DNA of 64,000 bases, taken from positions 5,801 to 69,800 of the forward strand of contig JACRAK010000019.1 of the NCBI GenBank assembly GCA_016234725.1, written 5' to 3'. The notes under the pieces were generated by a model. That model made no database searches. It saw only the letters and a program-made list of their open reading frames with translations, and was not told the origin of the DNA. This document shows, in pieces, positions 1-9,315 of the stretch. This DNA is from Candidatus Azambacteria bacterium (lineage in GTDB: Bacteria; Patescibacteriota; Minisyncoccia; GWC2-36-17; WO2-46-25). Every line of letters begins with the position of its first letter. Position 1 is the first letter of the stretch. The position numbers and the translations under genes are program-made.

Positions 1-777
<777 letters not shown>

Positions 778-835
778 GCATAGTTCTCCTGTGCGCTCTT
801 CCATTTTCTTGCAAAAAGACGTATAATCAGTTGCT

Positions 836-3649
836 ATGAAAAGAAAGGACGTTTTCCAGTACGGGAAAATAGTCATCTCTGGTGCGCGGGCGCACAACCT
901 CAAGGATGTGCATTGCGAGCTTCCGCGCAACCGATTTGTCGTCATCACGGGGCTTTCCGGATCAGGGAAGTCTTCTCTTGCATTTGATACGCTCTACGCC
1001 GAAGGGCAGCGGCGGTATGTGGAATCGCTTTCCTCGTACGCGCGCCAGTTTCTGGGCGTTATGGATAAGCCCGACGTCGACAAGATCGAAGGGCTTTCGC
1101 CGGCGATCTCTATCGACCAAAAAAGCGTATCGCCGAACCCGCGCTCTACGGTGGGCACGATCACCGAGATCTACGATCATCTCCGGCTTTTATTTGCGCG
1201 TCTGGGCGTGCCGCATTGTCCCGAGTGCGGGAGGCCTGTGGCGCGCCAGACATCCACGCAGATCACCGATGCCATCATGAAGCTTGAAAAAGGAAGGGAG
1301 ATCGCCATACTTGCGGCGTTGGTGAAAGATAAAAAAGGGGAGCATAAGAATATCATCGAGAACGTCACGAAGGCGGGGTACCTGCGCGTGCGCATGAACG
1401 GCGATATCCTGCCGGTGGACGAAGCGGCGCGCGTGCAGTTGGATAAATACAAAAAACATACGATCGAAGTGGTGGTGGACCGGGTCGTCGTGGAGCCGCG
1501 CATGGACAGGGCGCGGTTAGCCGATTCGGTGGAAACCGCGTTGCGGCTCGGGGAGGGAATGATGCTGGCCTCGACCGCGGGCAAGGACGATCTCGTCTTT
1601 TCAGAGCGCTTTGCATGCGTGCATTGCGGCATTTCTATTCCCGATATCGAACCGCGAAGTTTTTCATTCAATAGCCCGCATGGCGCATGCGCGGCATGTG
1701 CGGGGCTGGGGAAAAAATTAAAAGTGGAGCCATCGCTCCTTATTCACAACCCGCGTCTCACGATCGCGGAAGGCGCTATCAAGCCGGTCCAGCCCTCGGT
1801 ATACAGTCCGCTGTGGGTCGCGCTTGAGGATCTTTCCCATCATCTCGGGTTTTCCGTTGAAGAAACGCCGATAGAAAAATTTCCAAAAGAAACGCTTCAT
1901 GCGGTGCTCTATGGAAGCGGTACGCCGTATTTTGAAGGGATCATTCCGCATCTCGAACGGCGCTGGCAGGAAACGGATTCCGATTGGGTACGGTCGGAAG
2001 TGGAAAAATACATGGTAGTGCATAAATGCGCCTCGTGCGGCGGCAAACGGTTGAAGAAAGAAGCGCTCGCGGTGCTGTTTCATGAGAAAAATATCGCGGA
2101 AGTCGCCGCGCTTTCCATTGTCGATTGCGGAAAATTCTTCCGGTCGCTGAAACTGGCGCATACGGAAGGAAAGATAGCCGTGCAGATCATCAAAGAAATA
2201 CTCAACCGGCTCACCTTTCTTGAAGACGTCGGGCTTTCGTATCTGTCACTCGATCGAGAATCGGAGACGCTGTCGGGCGGTGAAGCCCAGCGCATCCGCC
2301 TTGCGACGCAGATCGGGTCGCGGCTCGTCGGGGTGTTGTATATCCTTGATGAACCGTCCATCGGCCTTCATCCGCGCGATAACACGAAACTCATCGACAC
2401 GCTCAAAGGATTGCGCGATCTCGGCAACACGGTGATCGTGGTGGAGCATGACGAAGAAACGATCCTTTCTGCCGATTGGGTGGTGGAGATCGGGCCCGGC
2501 GCGGGCGCGGAAGGTGGGAAGATCGTGTTTGAAGGAACGCCCGCAGAAATGAAAAAAGCGCGCACAATCACCGGCGCATATCTTTCCGGGAAAAAAAGCG
2601 CGCCGTCAGAAAGCATAAAGATACGGAAAGACGCATTGCCGCGCAGCGAGGGGCCCCAGCAATTCGCCGAGATCAAAGGCGCGAAAGCAAATAATCTCAA
2701 AAATATCGATGCGAGCATCCCGCTTGAGAAGCTCGTGTGCGTGACCGGCGTGTCGGGGTCGGGTAAAAGCACGCTCGTGGACGACATTCTCGCCAAAGCG
2801 CTCGCGCAGAAGCTCTATCAGGCAAAAGCGGCGCCCGGCGCGCATGACGCGATACTCGGCATAGAGCGGCTGAATAAGGTCATTTATGTCGACCAGTCGC
2901 CGATCGGGAGAACGCCGCGCTCAAACCCCGCGACATACACCGGCGCGTTTACCATTATTCGCGATCTGTTCGCCTCCACGCAGGAGGCGAAAATACGCGG
3001 ATACAAGCCGGGGCGGTTCAGTTTTAACGTGAAAGGCGGGAGGTGCGAGGTGTGCGAAGGGCAGGGTCAGCGAAGGATAGAAATGCATTTCTTGCCTGAT
3101 GTGTATGTGGAGTGCGAAGAATGCCACGGCACGCGGTTCAATAAAGAAGCGCTTGAGATCGATTGGAAAGAAAAGAACATTGCGGAAGTGCTGCGTATGA
3201 GCATTGAAGAGGCATACGTGTTCTTCAAGAACGTGCCGCAACTGCGGAATATCCTTTCTACTTTGCGCGAAGTGGGGCTTGGGTACGTCCAGCTTGGCCA
3301 GAGCGCGACGACGTTGTCGGGCGGCGAGGCGCAGCGCATCAAACTCGCCGATGAGCTTGCGCGCCGCGACACCGGGTCAACGCTGTATATTTTAGACGAG
3401 CCCACGACGGGGCTTCATTTCGAAGACGTTTCCAAGCTGCTTATCGTGTTGCGGCGGCTGGTGAACAAGCGCAATACGGTCGTCGTGATCGAGCATAATC
3501 TCGACGTGATCGAGGCAAGCGATTGGATCATTGATCTTGGCCCCGACGGCGGCGATAAAGGCGGGTATGTCGTGGCGCAGGGCACGCCCAAAGACGTGGC
3601 AAAGACGGCAAAAAGCTACACAGGACAGTTTTTAAAGGATAGGGTATAA
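836..3649 (+). CDS. uvrA: Excinuclease ABC subunit A
   Basis: Two ABC ATPase cassettes ([27 protein letters not shown] twice, LDEP) and CxxC zinc fingers; TATAAT at 822-827 just before the ATG. Confidence 0.99.
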   Translation: MKRKDVFQYGKIVISGARAHNLKDVHCELPRNRFVVITGLSGSGKSSLAFDTLYAEGQRRYVESLSSYARQFLGVMDKPDVDKIEGLSPAISIDQKSVSPNPRSTVGTITEIYDHLRLLFARLGVPHCPECGRPVARQTSTQITDAIMKLEKGREIAILAALVKDKKGEHKNIIENVTKAGYLRVRMNGDILPVDEAARVQLDKYKKHTIEVVVDRVVVEPRMDRARLADSVETALRLGEGMMLASTAGKDDLVFSERFACVHCGISIPDIEPRSFSFNSPHGACAACAGLGKKLKVEPSLLIHNPRLTIAEGAIKPVQPSVYSPLWVALEDLSHHLGFSVEETPIEKFPKETLHAVLYGSGTPYFEGIIPHLERRWQETDSDWVRSEVEKYMVVHKCASCGGKRLKKEALAVLFHEKNIAEVAALSIVDCGKFFRSLKLAHTEGKIAVQIIKEILNRLTFLEDVGLSYLSLDRESETLSGGEAQRIRLATQIGSRLVGVLYILDEPSIGLHPRDNTKLIDTLKGLRDLGNTVIVVEHDEETILSADWVVEIGPGAGAEGGKIVFEGTPAEMKKARTITGAYLSGKKSAPSESIKIRKDALPRSEGPQQFAEIKGAKANNLKNIDASIPLEKLVCVTGVSGSGKSTLVDDILAKALAQKLYQAKAAPGAHDAILGIERLNKVIYVDQSPIGRTPRSNPATYTGAFTIIRDLFASTQEAKIRGYKPGRFSFNVKGGRCEVCEGQGQRRIEMHFLPDVYVECEECHGTRFNKEALEIDWKEKNIAEVLRMSIEEAYVFFKNVPQLRNILSTLREVGLGYVQLGQSATTLSGGEAQRIKLADELARRDTGSTLYILDEPTTGLHFEDVSKLLIVLRRLVNKRNTVVVIEHNLDVIEASDWIIDLGPDGGDKGGYVVAQGTPKDVAKTAKSYTGQFLKDRV

Positions 3650-3670
3650 TAAAAACATACTATTTTTATT

Positions 3671-4231
3671 ATGGTCACCCGTAAAACACTGCTTATACTT
3701 CTCGCGCTTGCAGCAGTTCTTTTTGTGGCGGCATGTGTTGCGGTATTTTTCTTGTATCGCGCGGTAGTGCCCACGGCGCCGAAAGCAGGGGAGAAGGTGG
3801 TCGTAGCGCAAGCAAAATACATCAAAGGGAACGCCTCGTTTTTTTACCCGGCGCAGTGGCACGAGAACGATATCCCCGCTTCCCCCGGTATGATATCCGT
3901 ACAGGTGGTTGATACGGAGGATAGCATCGTGTTTGTCGCTTCATCGGCCGAGAAGTTGAACGATCCCAAAATGAGCGGCACGCTGGTGCGCGAAGAGAGT
4001 ATCACGGTGGGCGGCATTTTCGGCAAAGAGCGCCGGTGGGAAAATATGGAATCGCAAACGGTTGTCTTTCGCGCGGATGATGTGAGGTTCGAAAGGAAAT
4101 ATTATCGGTTTGAGATGTTCGGGACCTTAAGCAGAAAGGTGAAGATGGAGAGCGAATGGGAAAACATACTGAGATCGGTGCAATTCGAGAAGGGAAGCGA
4201 GGAAGGGATCACTGCAACACCTCAAGAATAA
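3671..4231 (+). CDS. Membrane-anchored hypothetical protein, possibly with a PsbP/Mog1-like extracytoplasmic domain
   Basis: N-terminal TM helix; SFFYPAQW early and WENILRSVQF late resemble PsbP-like proteins. Confidence 0.6.
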   Translation: MVTRKTLLILLALAAVLFVAACVAVFFLYRAVVPTAPKAGEKVVVAQAKYIKGNASFFYPAQWHENDIPASPGMISVQVVDTEDSIVFVASSAEKLNDPKMSGTLVREESITVGGIFGKERRWENMESQTVVFRADDVRFERKYYRFEMFGTLSRKVKMESEWENILRSVQFEKGSEEGITATPQE

Positions 4232-4234
4232 ATT

Positions 4235-5437
4235 ATGAAGGACTTGAAGATCTTCTCCGTTTCCGAATACGTGGAGCGCTTGAACGCGCTTTTATATGAA
4301 CACGATGCAGTGGTTGAAGGCGAGGTCTCGGAATATCGGGTCAACCAGCAAAAGTGGATATTTTTTAAGATCAAGGACGAAGGAGCGGTGCTCGAATGTT
4401 TCAGCACCGTGTTTCGCATCCGTGCACCGCTTGAAGACGGGATGCGCGTACGCGTCTATGGCAGGCCGGGCATTTATGCAAAAAGCGGGCGCTTGAGCAT
4501 GAACGTCGAATGGGCAGAGCCCGCGGGCGAGGGCGCGCTGAAGCGCGCGTTCGAGCTGTTGAAAGCGGAGCTTGAAAAAGAGGGGTTGTTCGCACAAGGC
4601 CGTAAGCGCCCATTGCCGAGCATTCCGAGGACGATAGGGCTTATCGCGTCGAAAGAATCCGCGGCATACGGCGACTTTTTGAAAGTATTGGGCCAGCGCT
4701 TCGGCGGACTCACGATATATGTCATGCATGTGCAGGTGCAGGGCGCGGAAGCGGTTTCGAATATCGCAGATGCATTCGCGTATTTCAATGCGCATCACAA
4801 AGAGCTCGGGCTTGATTGTATCGCGCTCATCCGCGGCGGCGGGTCGCTTGAAGATCTTGCGGCGTTCAATTCGCGCGAGGTGGCGTATGCGGTTTTTGGG
4901 TCCGTGGTGCCGGTGGTGGTGGGCGTGGGGCATGAGCAGGATGTTTCGATCGCCGATTTCGTCGCGGATCTTCGCGCATCAACGCCGTCAAATGCGGCGG
5001 AGCTTATGGTGCCGCACCGTGCCGATATCGCGCGGTTCGTCGATGCAATGGCAAACACCATGACGTATCAAATGGATACGCTCCAGAGCGACGCGCGAAC
5101 GCGCATCGATGATGCGGTGGGCGCGCTCGACGGGGTGGTAACGGCGCGGTCCCACGAGATAGGCCGGATGCAGGAGCGCATTTTCCTTCGTTTGAATTTT
5201 TTTCACGAGCGGACTATAATGCAGCGGTCAAAAATCGACGGGTTGGTCCGCTTGATGCGGAGTTTCAGCCCTCACGCGGTGCTTGAGCGGGGGTATGCGA
5301 TCGTGAAGAAAGGGGGCGAGGTGGTGTCAAGCATCCGCAATCTCAAGCCGAAAGATTTAGTGTATGTGGAATTGAAAGATGGTGGATTTTCTGCTAACGT
5401 ATTGAATCAGGAATCCAGAATCAGGAATGAAGAATAA
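4235..5437 (+). CDS. xseA: Exodeoxyribonuclease VII large subunit
   Basis: OB-fold VEGEVS, RGGGSLEDLAAFN, GVGHEQD, TPSNAAE, VLERGYAIV; the last residues (NQESRIRNEE) are encoded by a heptamer repeat. Confidence 0.97.
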   Translation: MKDLKIFSVSEYVERLNALLYEHDAVVEGEVSEYRVNQQKWIFFKIKDEGAVLECFSTVFRIRAPLEDGMRVRVYGRPGIYAKSGRLSMNVEWAEPAGEGALKRAFELLKAELEKEGLFAQGRKRPLPSIPRTIGLIASKESAAYGDFLKVLGQRFGGLTIYVMHVQVQGAEAVSNIADAFAYFNAHHKELGLDCIALIRGGGSLEDLAAFNSREVAYAVFGSVVPVVVGVGHEQDVSIADFVADLRASTPSNAAELMVPHRADIARFVDAMANTMTYQMDTLQSDARTRIDDAVGALDGVVTARSHEIGRMQERIFLRLNFFHERTIMQRSKIDGLVRLMRSFSPHAVLERGYAIVKKGGEVVSSIRNLKPKDLVYVELKDGGFSANVLNQESRIRNEE

Positions 5438-5474
5438 TCTGTGGCACACATTCATAATTCCTTATTCATAATTC
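5403..5474. repeat. Inverted pair of degenerate heptamer arrays spanning the xseA stop and xseB start
   Basis: gaatcag gaatcca gaatcag gaatgaa gaataa followed by ttcataa ttcctta ttcataa ttc. Confidence 0.8.
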
Positions 5475-5678
5475 ATGAGCAAAAAATTTGATTTTGCAAA
5501 AGCATATCAGCGGCTGGAAGAACTCACCAAGCAGTTTGAGTCCGGCGAGCTGTCGCTTGAAGAGGGGCTGAAGCGGTTTGAGGAAGGGCTTGCGCTCGCA
5601 TCAGAGTGCCGGCAATATCTCGCGCAGGTGGAGAATAAGATCGTCGAGATAAAAAAGAAATTCAACGTAAAAGAGTAG
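5475..5678 (+). CDS. xseB: Exodeoxyribonuclease VII small subunit
   Basis: FAKAYQRLEEL...ELSLEEGLKRFEEGLALASEC...L; directly after xseA. Confidence 0.95.
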   Translation: MSKKFDFAKAYQRLEELTKQFESGELSLEEGLKRFEEGLALASECRQYLAQVENKIVEIKKKFNVKE

Positions 5679-5681
5679 CCC

Positions 5682-5762
5682 ATAAAGTCTCTAAAGTCGA
5701 AAGTCCATAAAGTGATGAATTTTACTTTTGACTTTAAGGACTTTACAGACTTTATTGACTTA
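5682..5762. repeat. Inverted pair of degenerate 7-9-nt arrays (taaagtc / gacttta)
   Basis: taaagtc tc taaagtc gaaagtc ca taaagt followed by gacttta ag gacttta ca gacttta tt gacttta. Confidence 0.8.
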
Positions 5763-5767
5763 ATTCT

Positions 5768-6415
5768 ATGAAAGACCACATCGTTTTCGATCTGGAAACA
5801 CAGCATGAGTTTTCCGAAGTAGGAGGAAGGGACTATCCTCATTTATTGAAGGTGTCCGTGGTGGGGTGCTATTCATACGTGCAGGATAAATTTTTTACGT
5901 TCGAAGAGGCGGAGATCCCGGCATTTGAAGCGATGCTCAAAAACGCGGGGCTCGTCATCGGGTTCAATACGAAGTATTTTGATTACGCGGTTATCCAGCC
6001 GTATCTGAAAGAGGTGGTGATAAAAACATTGCCTGCATGCGACCTTATGGAGGATGTTACGAATGTGCTCGGCCATCGGCTTTCGCTTGATTCGATCGCG
6101 CAGGCGACGCTCGGTACGCAGAAAAGCGGGCACGGGCTTGATGCGATCCGCTATTTCCGGGAAGGGAACATGAAAAAGCTTAAAAGCTATTGTCTTGACG
6201 ATGTGCGCATTACCCGCGATATCTTCGAATACGGAAAAGAGCACGGCAATGTGAAATATAGCTCGAAATACAGCCCTGATCTGAATTCAGTTCCCGTGGA
6301 TTGGAAACAATACATTTCGCCTGCGGGCGAGCCTGTGTCTGCATCAGCATCCCTTTCCTCAGAAAAAGATGCGCCCTCGGTGAACCGCGAAACGGGAAAC
6401 TACTCTTTGTTTTGA
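5768..6415 (+). CDS. RNase H-like (DEDD/YprB-type) 3'-5' exonuclease-domain protein
   Basis: VFDLET, IGFNTKYFD, LSLDSIAQATLG and YCLDDV match Exo I/II/III motifs. Confidence 0.85.
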   Translation: MKDHIVFDLETQHEFSEVGGRDYPHLLKVSVVGCYSYVQDKFFTFEEAEIPAFEAMLKNAGLVIGFNTKYFDYAVIQPYLKEVVIKTLPACDLMEDVTNVLGHRLSLDSIAQATLGTQKSGHGLDAIRYFREGNMKKLKSYCLDDVRITRDIFEYGKEHGNVKYSSKYSPDLNSVPVDWKQYISPAGEPVSASASLSSEKDAPSVNRETGNYSLF

Positions 6416-6485
6416 GATCTTGAAACATGAATCTTGAAACTCGAATCTTATGTTTCGGGTTTCAGGTTTTACGTTTCAAGTTTTA
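6415..6485. repeat. Inverted pair of heptamer arrays upstream of iscS
   Basis: tcttgaa acatgaa tcttgaa actcgaa followed by tttcggg tttcagg ttttacg tttcaag. Confidence 0.8.
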
Positions 6486-6491
6486 AGCTTC

Positions 6492-7700
6492 ATGAAGCGA
6501 ATCTACCTCGATTATGCGGCGACAACGCCGGTCGATAAAAAAGTGCTTGCGGCCATAATGCCGTATTTTTCCGAGCGGTTCGGCAATCCATCATCGGTGC
6601 ACGGGTATGGGCAAGAGGCGCTCGTGGCGCTTGATCGCGCGCGCCACGCGGTGGCGGATATGCTCGGGTGTTTGAGCCAAGAAGTGATATTTACCGGTTC
6701 CGCGACAGAGGCAAATAATCTCGCGCTCGGCGGGGTTGTGCACCAAGCCCTGGAAAAGGGAAAGCCCGTGCACATCATCACCTCCTCGATAGAACACGAA
6801 TCGGTGGAAAACCCGCTCATGCAGCTTGCGCAGGGTCCGAATGTTTCGGTGACGCATATCCCTGTTTCTCGAGACGGGTTCATTGACTTGGATAAGTTTC
6901 AAAAAGCGCTTACCGGGCATACGGTGTTGGTTTCCGTTATCTATGCGAATAATGAGATCGGCACGACCCAGCCGATCTCCCGAATCGCGGATATCATACG
7001 AACGCATAATAAAAAGTTTCAGGTTTTCCCCCTGCGGGGGATCTCCCGAAGGGAGACAAGTTTCAAGTCCAAAGTTCTGTTCCACACCGATGCGGCACAG
7101 GCGGCATATTATCTGAACATGAAAACAGATGAGCTGGGCGTCGACCTGATGACGCTCTCCGGGCACAAGATGTACGCGCCCAAAGGCGTCGGAGTGTTGT
7201 ACGTGAAAAAAGGAACGCCGCTGACACCATTGATAGTGGGGAGCGGGCAGGAATACGGAAAACGGTCCGGTACGGAAAATATTCCCGGCATTGTGGGTAT
7301 GGGCGAGGCATGCGCGCAGATACAGGAAAATAAGGAAATAGTGGAAAAAATAAAAAAATTGCGCGACTATTTTATTGCAGAAGTGCTGGGGAAAATTAAT
7401 ATCGCCTCACTTAACGGCGCACAGGAAAATCGTTTACCGGGAAATGCGAACATGCTGTTTAAAGGCGTTCGTGCGCAGGATCTTATCGTGATGCTTGACG
7501 GCGAGGGGGTCGCGGTGTCTGCGGGGTCCGCGTGCCAGTCCAAGGCGCTTGCATTTTCGCACGTGCTTTCGGCGATCGGGCTTTCCGAGAAAGACGCGCG
7601 ATCGTCCATACGGTTCTCGTTCGGCAAATATACGACAAAAAAAGACATTGACTACACCGTTGCGGTCTTAGTAAAATTGATAAAAACATTATATAAATAA
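6492..7700 (+). CDS. iscS: Cysteine desulfurase (NifS/IscS group I) with an in-frame repeat-derived insertion
   Basis: IYLDYAATTP, FGNPSS, HTDAAQA, SGHKMYAPKG (PLP Lys), SAGSAC (catalytic Cys); start set at ATG 6492 because the upstream codons are heptamer repeat. Confidence 0.95.
   Translation: MKRIYLDYAATTPVDKKVLAAIMPYFSERFGNPSSVHGYGQEALVALDRARHAVADMLGCLSQEVIFTGSATEANNLALGGVVHQALEKGKPVHIITSSIEHESVENPLMQLAQGPNVSVTHIPVSRDGFIDLDKFQKALTGHTVLVSVIYANNEIGTTQPISRIADIIRTHNKKFQVFPLRGISRRETSFKSKVLFHTDAAQAAYYLNMKTDELGVDLMTLSGHKMYAPKGVGVLYVKKGTPLTPLIVGSGQEYGKRSGTENIPGIVGMGEACAQIQENKEIVEKIKKLRDYFIAEVLGKINIASLNGAQENRLPGNANMLFKGVRAQDLIVMLDGEGVAVSAGSACQSKALAFSHVLSAIGLSEKDARSSIRFSFGKYTTKKDIDYTVAVLVKLIKTLYK
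7023..7057. repeat. 35-bp double-hairpin element, copy inside iscS
   Basis: gttttccccctgcgggggatctcccgaagggagac; 34/35 identical to 16011-16045. Confidence 0.9.
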
Positions 7701-7714
7701 CCTTTTTATATACT

Positions 7715-8968
7715 ATGTCTCCTATTTTTAAAACCATTCTTGTTGCGTCATTGGCGTCGCTTGTTGTTTCCGTTCTTTTATTTGTCGGCCTTATCGGCAT
7801 TATGCAAACCGCCGGCATCGACTTTTTAGGTATGGGGTTTGGAAGATATCTTCCCGAGCGGGTGATCATAAAGGAAACGGTAAAAGAACCGCAGGTGGTT
7901 GAGAAATATATTCCCCAGACCACGCAGGAACAGATGATCGTGGACATCGTGAAGCGGTCGCAGGATGCGGTCGTGTCAGTGATCGCTACAAAGGATCTTC
8001 CGGTATTGGAACAGTCGTTCGTCGATCCGTTCCAGGGGTTCGGGTTTCCTAATGATTTTTTCGGCGGGTTGCAGGTCCCGCAATATCAGCAGAAAGGAAC
8101 GGAAAAGAGAGAGGTTTCTTCCGGTACGGGCTTCATCGTTTCGTCCGACGGCCTTGTGCTGACCAATAAGCATGTCGTGAGTGATGACAATGCGGAGTTC
8201 ACGGTGCTTATGAACAATGGCGACAAATACCCCGCGACAGTGCTTGCGCGCGACCCGGTGCAAGATATCGCCATTCTTAAGATAGAGAAAAAAGGCCTTT
8301 CGGTGCTTGCGCTCGGCGATTCGGATGCCATTGAAACAGGGCAGACGGTGATCGCGATCGGCAACGCGCTCGGGGAATTCCGTAACACGGTGTCGGTGGG
8401 CGTTATTTCGGGAATGTGGCGCACGATAACCGCGCAGGGCGGCGGCACGATGGAAACGCTTGAAGATCTCATTCAAACGGACGCGGCGATCAACCCGGGG
8501 AACTCCGGCGGGCCGCTGTTCAATCTTGCGGGCGAGGTGATCGGCATCAATACCGCGATGTCGCAAGCGGCGCAAAACATCGGGTTTGCGCTTCCGGTGA
8601 ATAAGGCAAAACGCGATATCGAGCAGGTAAAAAAGACAGGAAAGATAAGTTATCCGTTCCTCGGTGTGCGGTATGTGCTTATTGATGCCGATCTGCAAAA
8701 GAAAAATGATCTCCTGGTCGATTACGGCGCGCTGATCTCGCGCGGGGAAACGAGCGCCGATCTCGCGGTAACGCCCGGCTCTCCCGCCGACATCGCCGGT
8801 ATCGTTGAAAATGATATTATTCTTGAGGCAAACGGCAAGAAGATCACGAAAGATAATCCGCTCGCAAAGACAATTCAGGCGAGCAAAGTAGGGGACGCGA
8901 TTCGTTTGAAAGTGCTTCATAAAGGAACGGAAAAAACAGTCACCGCAACGCTCGCTGAGCGGAAGTAG
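7715..8968 (+). CDS. htrA: HtrA/DegP-family serine protease with one PDZ domain and an N-terminal TM anchor
   Basis: GTGFIVSSDGLVLTNKHVV, DIAILKI, QTDAAINPGNSGGPL (H/D/S triad), C-terminal PDZ. Confidence 0.95.
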   Translation: MSPIFKTILVASLASLVVSVLLFVGLIGIMQTAGIDFLGMGFGRYLPERVIIKETVKEPQVVEKYIPQTTQEQMIVDIVKRSQDAVVSVIATKDLPVLEQSFVDPFQGFGFPNDFFGGLQVPQYQQKGTEKREVSSGTGFIVSSDGLVLTNKHVVSDDNAEFTVLMNNGDKYPATVLARDPVQDIAILKIEKKGLSVLALGDSDAIETGQTVIAIGNALGEFRNTVSVGVISGMWRTITAQGGGTMETLEDLIQTDAAINPGNSGGPLFNLAGEVIGINTAMSQAAQNIGFALPVNKAKRDIEQVKKTGKISYPFLGVRYVLIDADLQKKNDLLVDYGALISRGETSADLAVTPGSPADIAGIVENDIILEANGKKITKDNPLAKTIQASKVGDAIRLKVLHKGTEKTVTATLAERK

Positions 8969-8970
8969 GA

Positions 8971-9171
8971 GCCGCGACTCGCTCCTCCCTTTCGATTCTT
9001 TCTTGCCCCGTCATTTGTTTATACATACACTGAATTACGTGTTTTATTAGCGATAGCATAATAAACGTGTAATTTAGAAAAAAGAGGAAGACGGGGCAAG
9101 AAAGAATCGAAAGGGAGGGGCTCGCTGGATTGCTGTTTGTTGCCAATCGTTTCACTCTTGGACAAACAGGG
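8971..9171 (-). repeat. Dispersed element A (minus-strand copy) carrying a ~140-nt hairpin in its variable loop
   Basis: 8971-8981 and 9121-9171 match the reverse complement of 12803-12872 (45/51 in the long part); 8982-9012 and 9090-9120 are 30/31 inverted repeats. Confidence 0.85.
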
Positions 9172-9193
9172 AACATCTCGTACCCGCGAAGAA

Positions 9194-9220
9194 TTAGCAC
9201 TCTTGACCAAGGAGTGCTAA
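9194..9220 (+). promoter_or_regulatory. CIRCE element (HrcA operator) overlapping the clpB promoter
   Basis: Perfect TTAGCACTC-N9-GAGTGCTAA; -35 TTGACC (9203-9208) lies in the spacer, -10 TATACT at 9227-9232. Confidence 0.95.
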
Positions 9221-9244
9221 TTTGTATATACTGGAAATCATGGA

Positions 9245-9310
9245 TCTTGAACCCTGAACCTTGAAACCTGTTGTGTCAAATGTTTCAAGTTTCACGTTTC
9301 AAGTTTCAGG
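9245..9310. repeat. Inverted pair of heptamer arrays in the clpB 5' leader
   Basis: cttgaac cctgaac cttgaaa cctg followed by tgtttca agtttca cgtttca agtttca gg. Confidence 0.8.
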
Positions 9311-9315
9311 AATGT

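Noticed and set aside
6450-9315. N-terminal extensions of IscS (6450) and ClpB (9271) in the ORF track
   Set aside because: They are translations of heptamer arrays; family-typical starts are at 6492 and 9316
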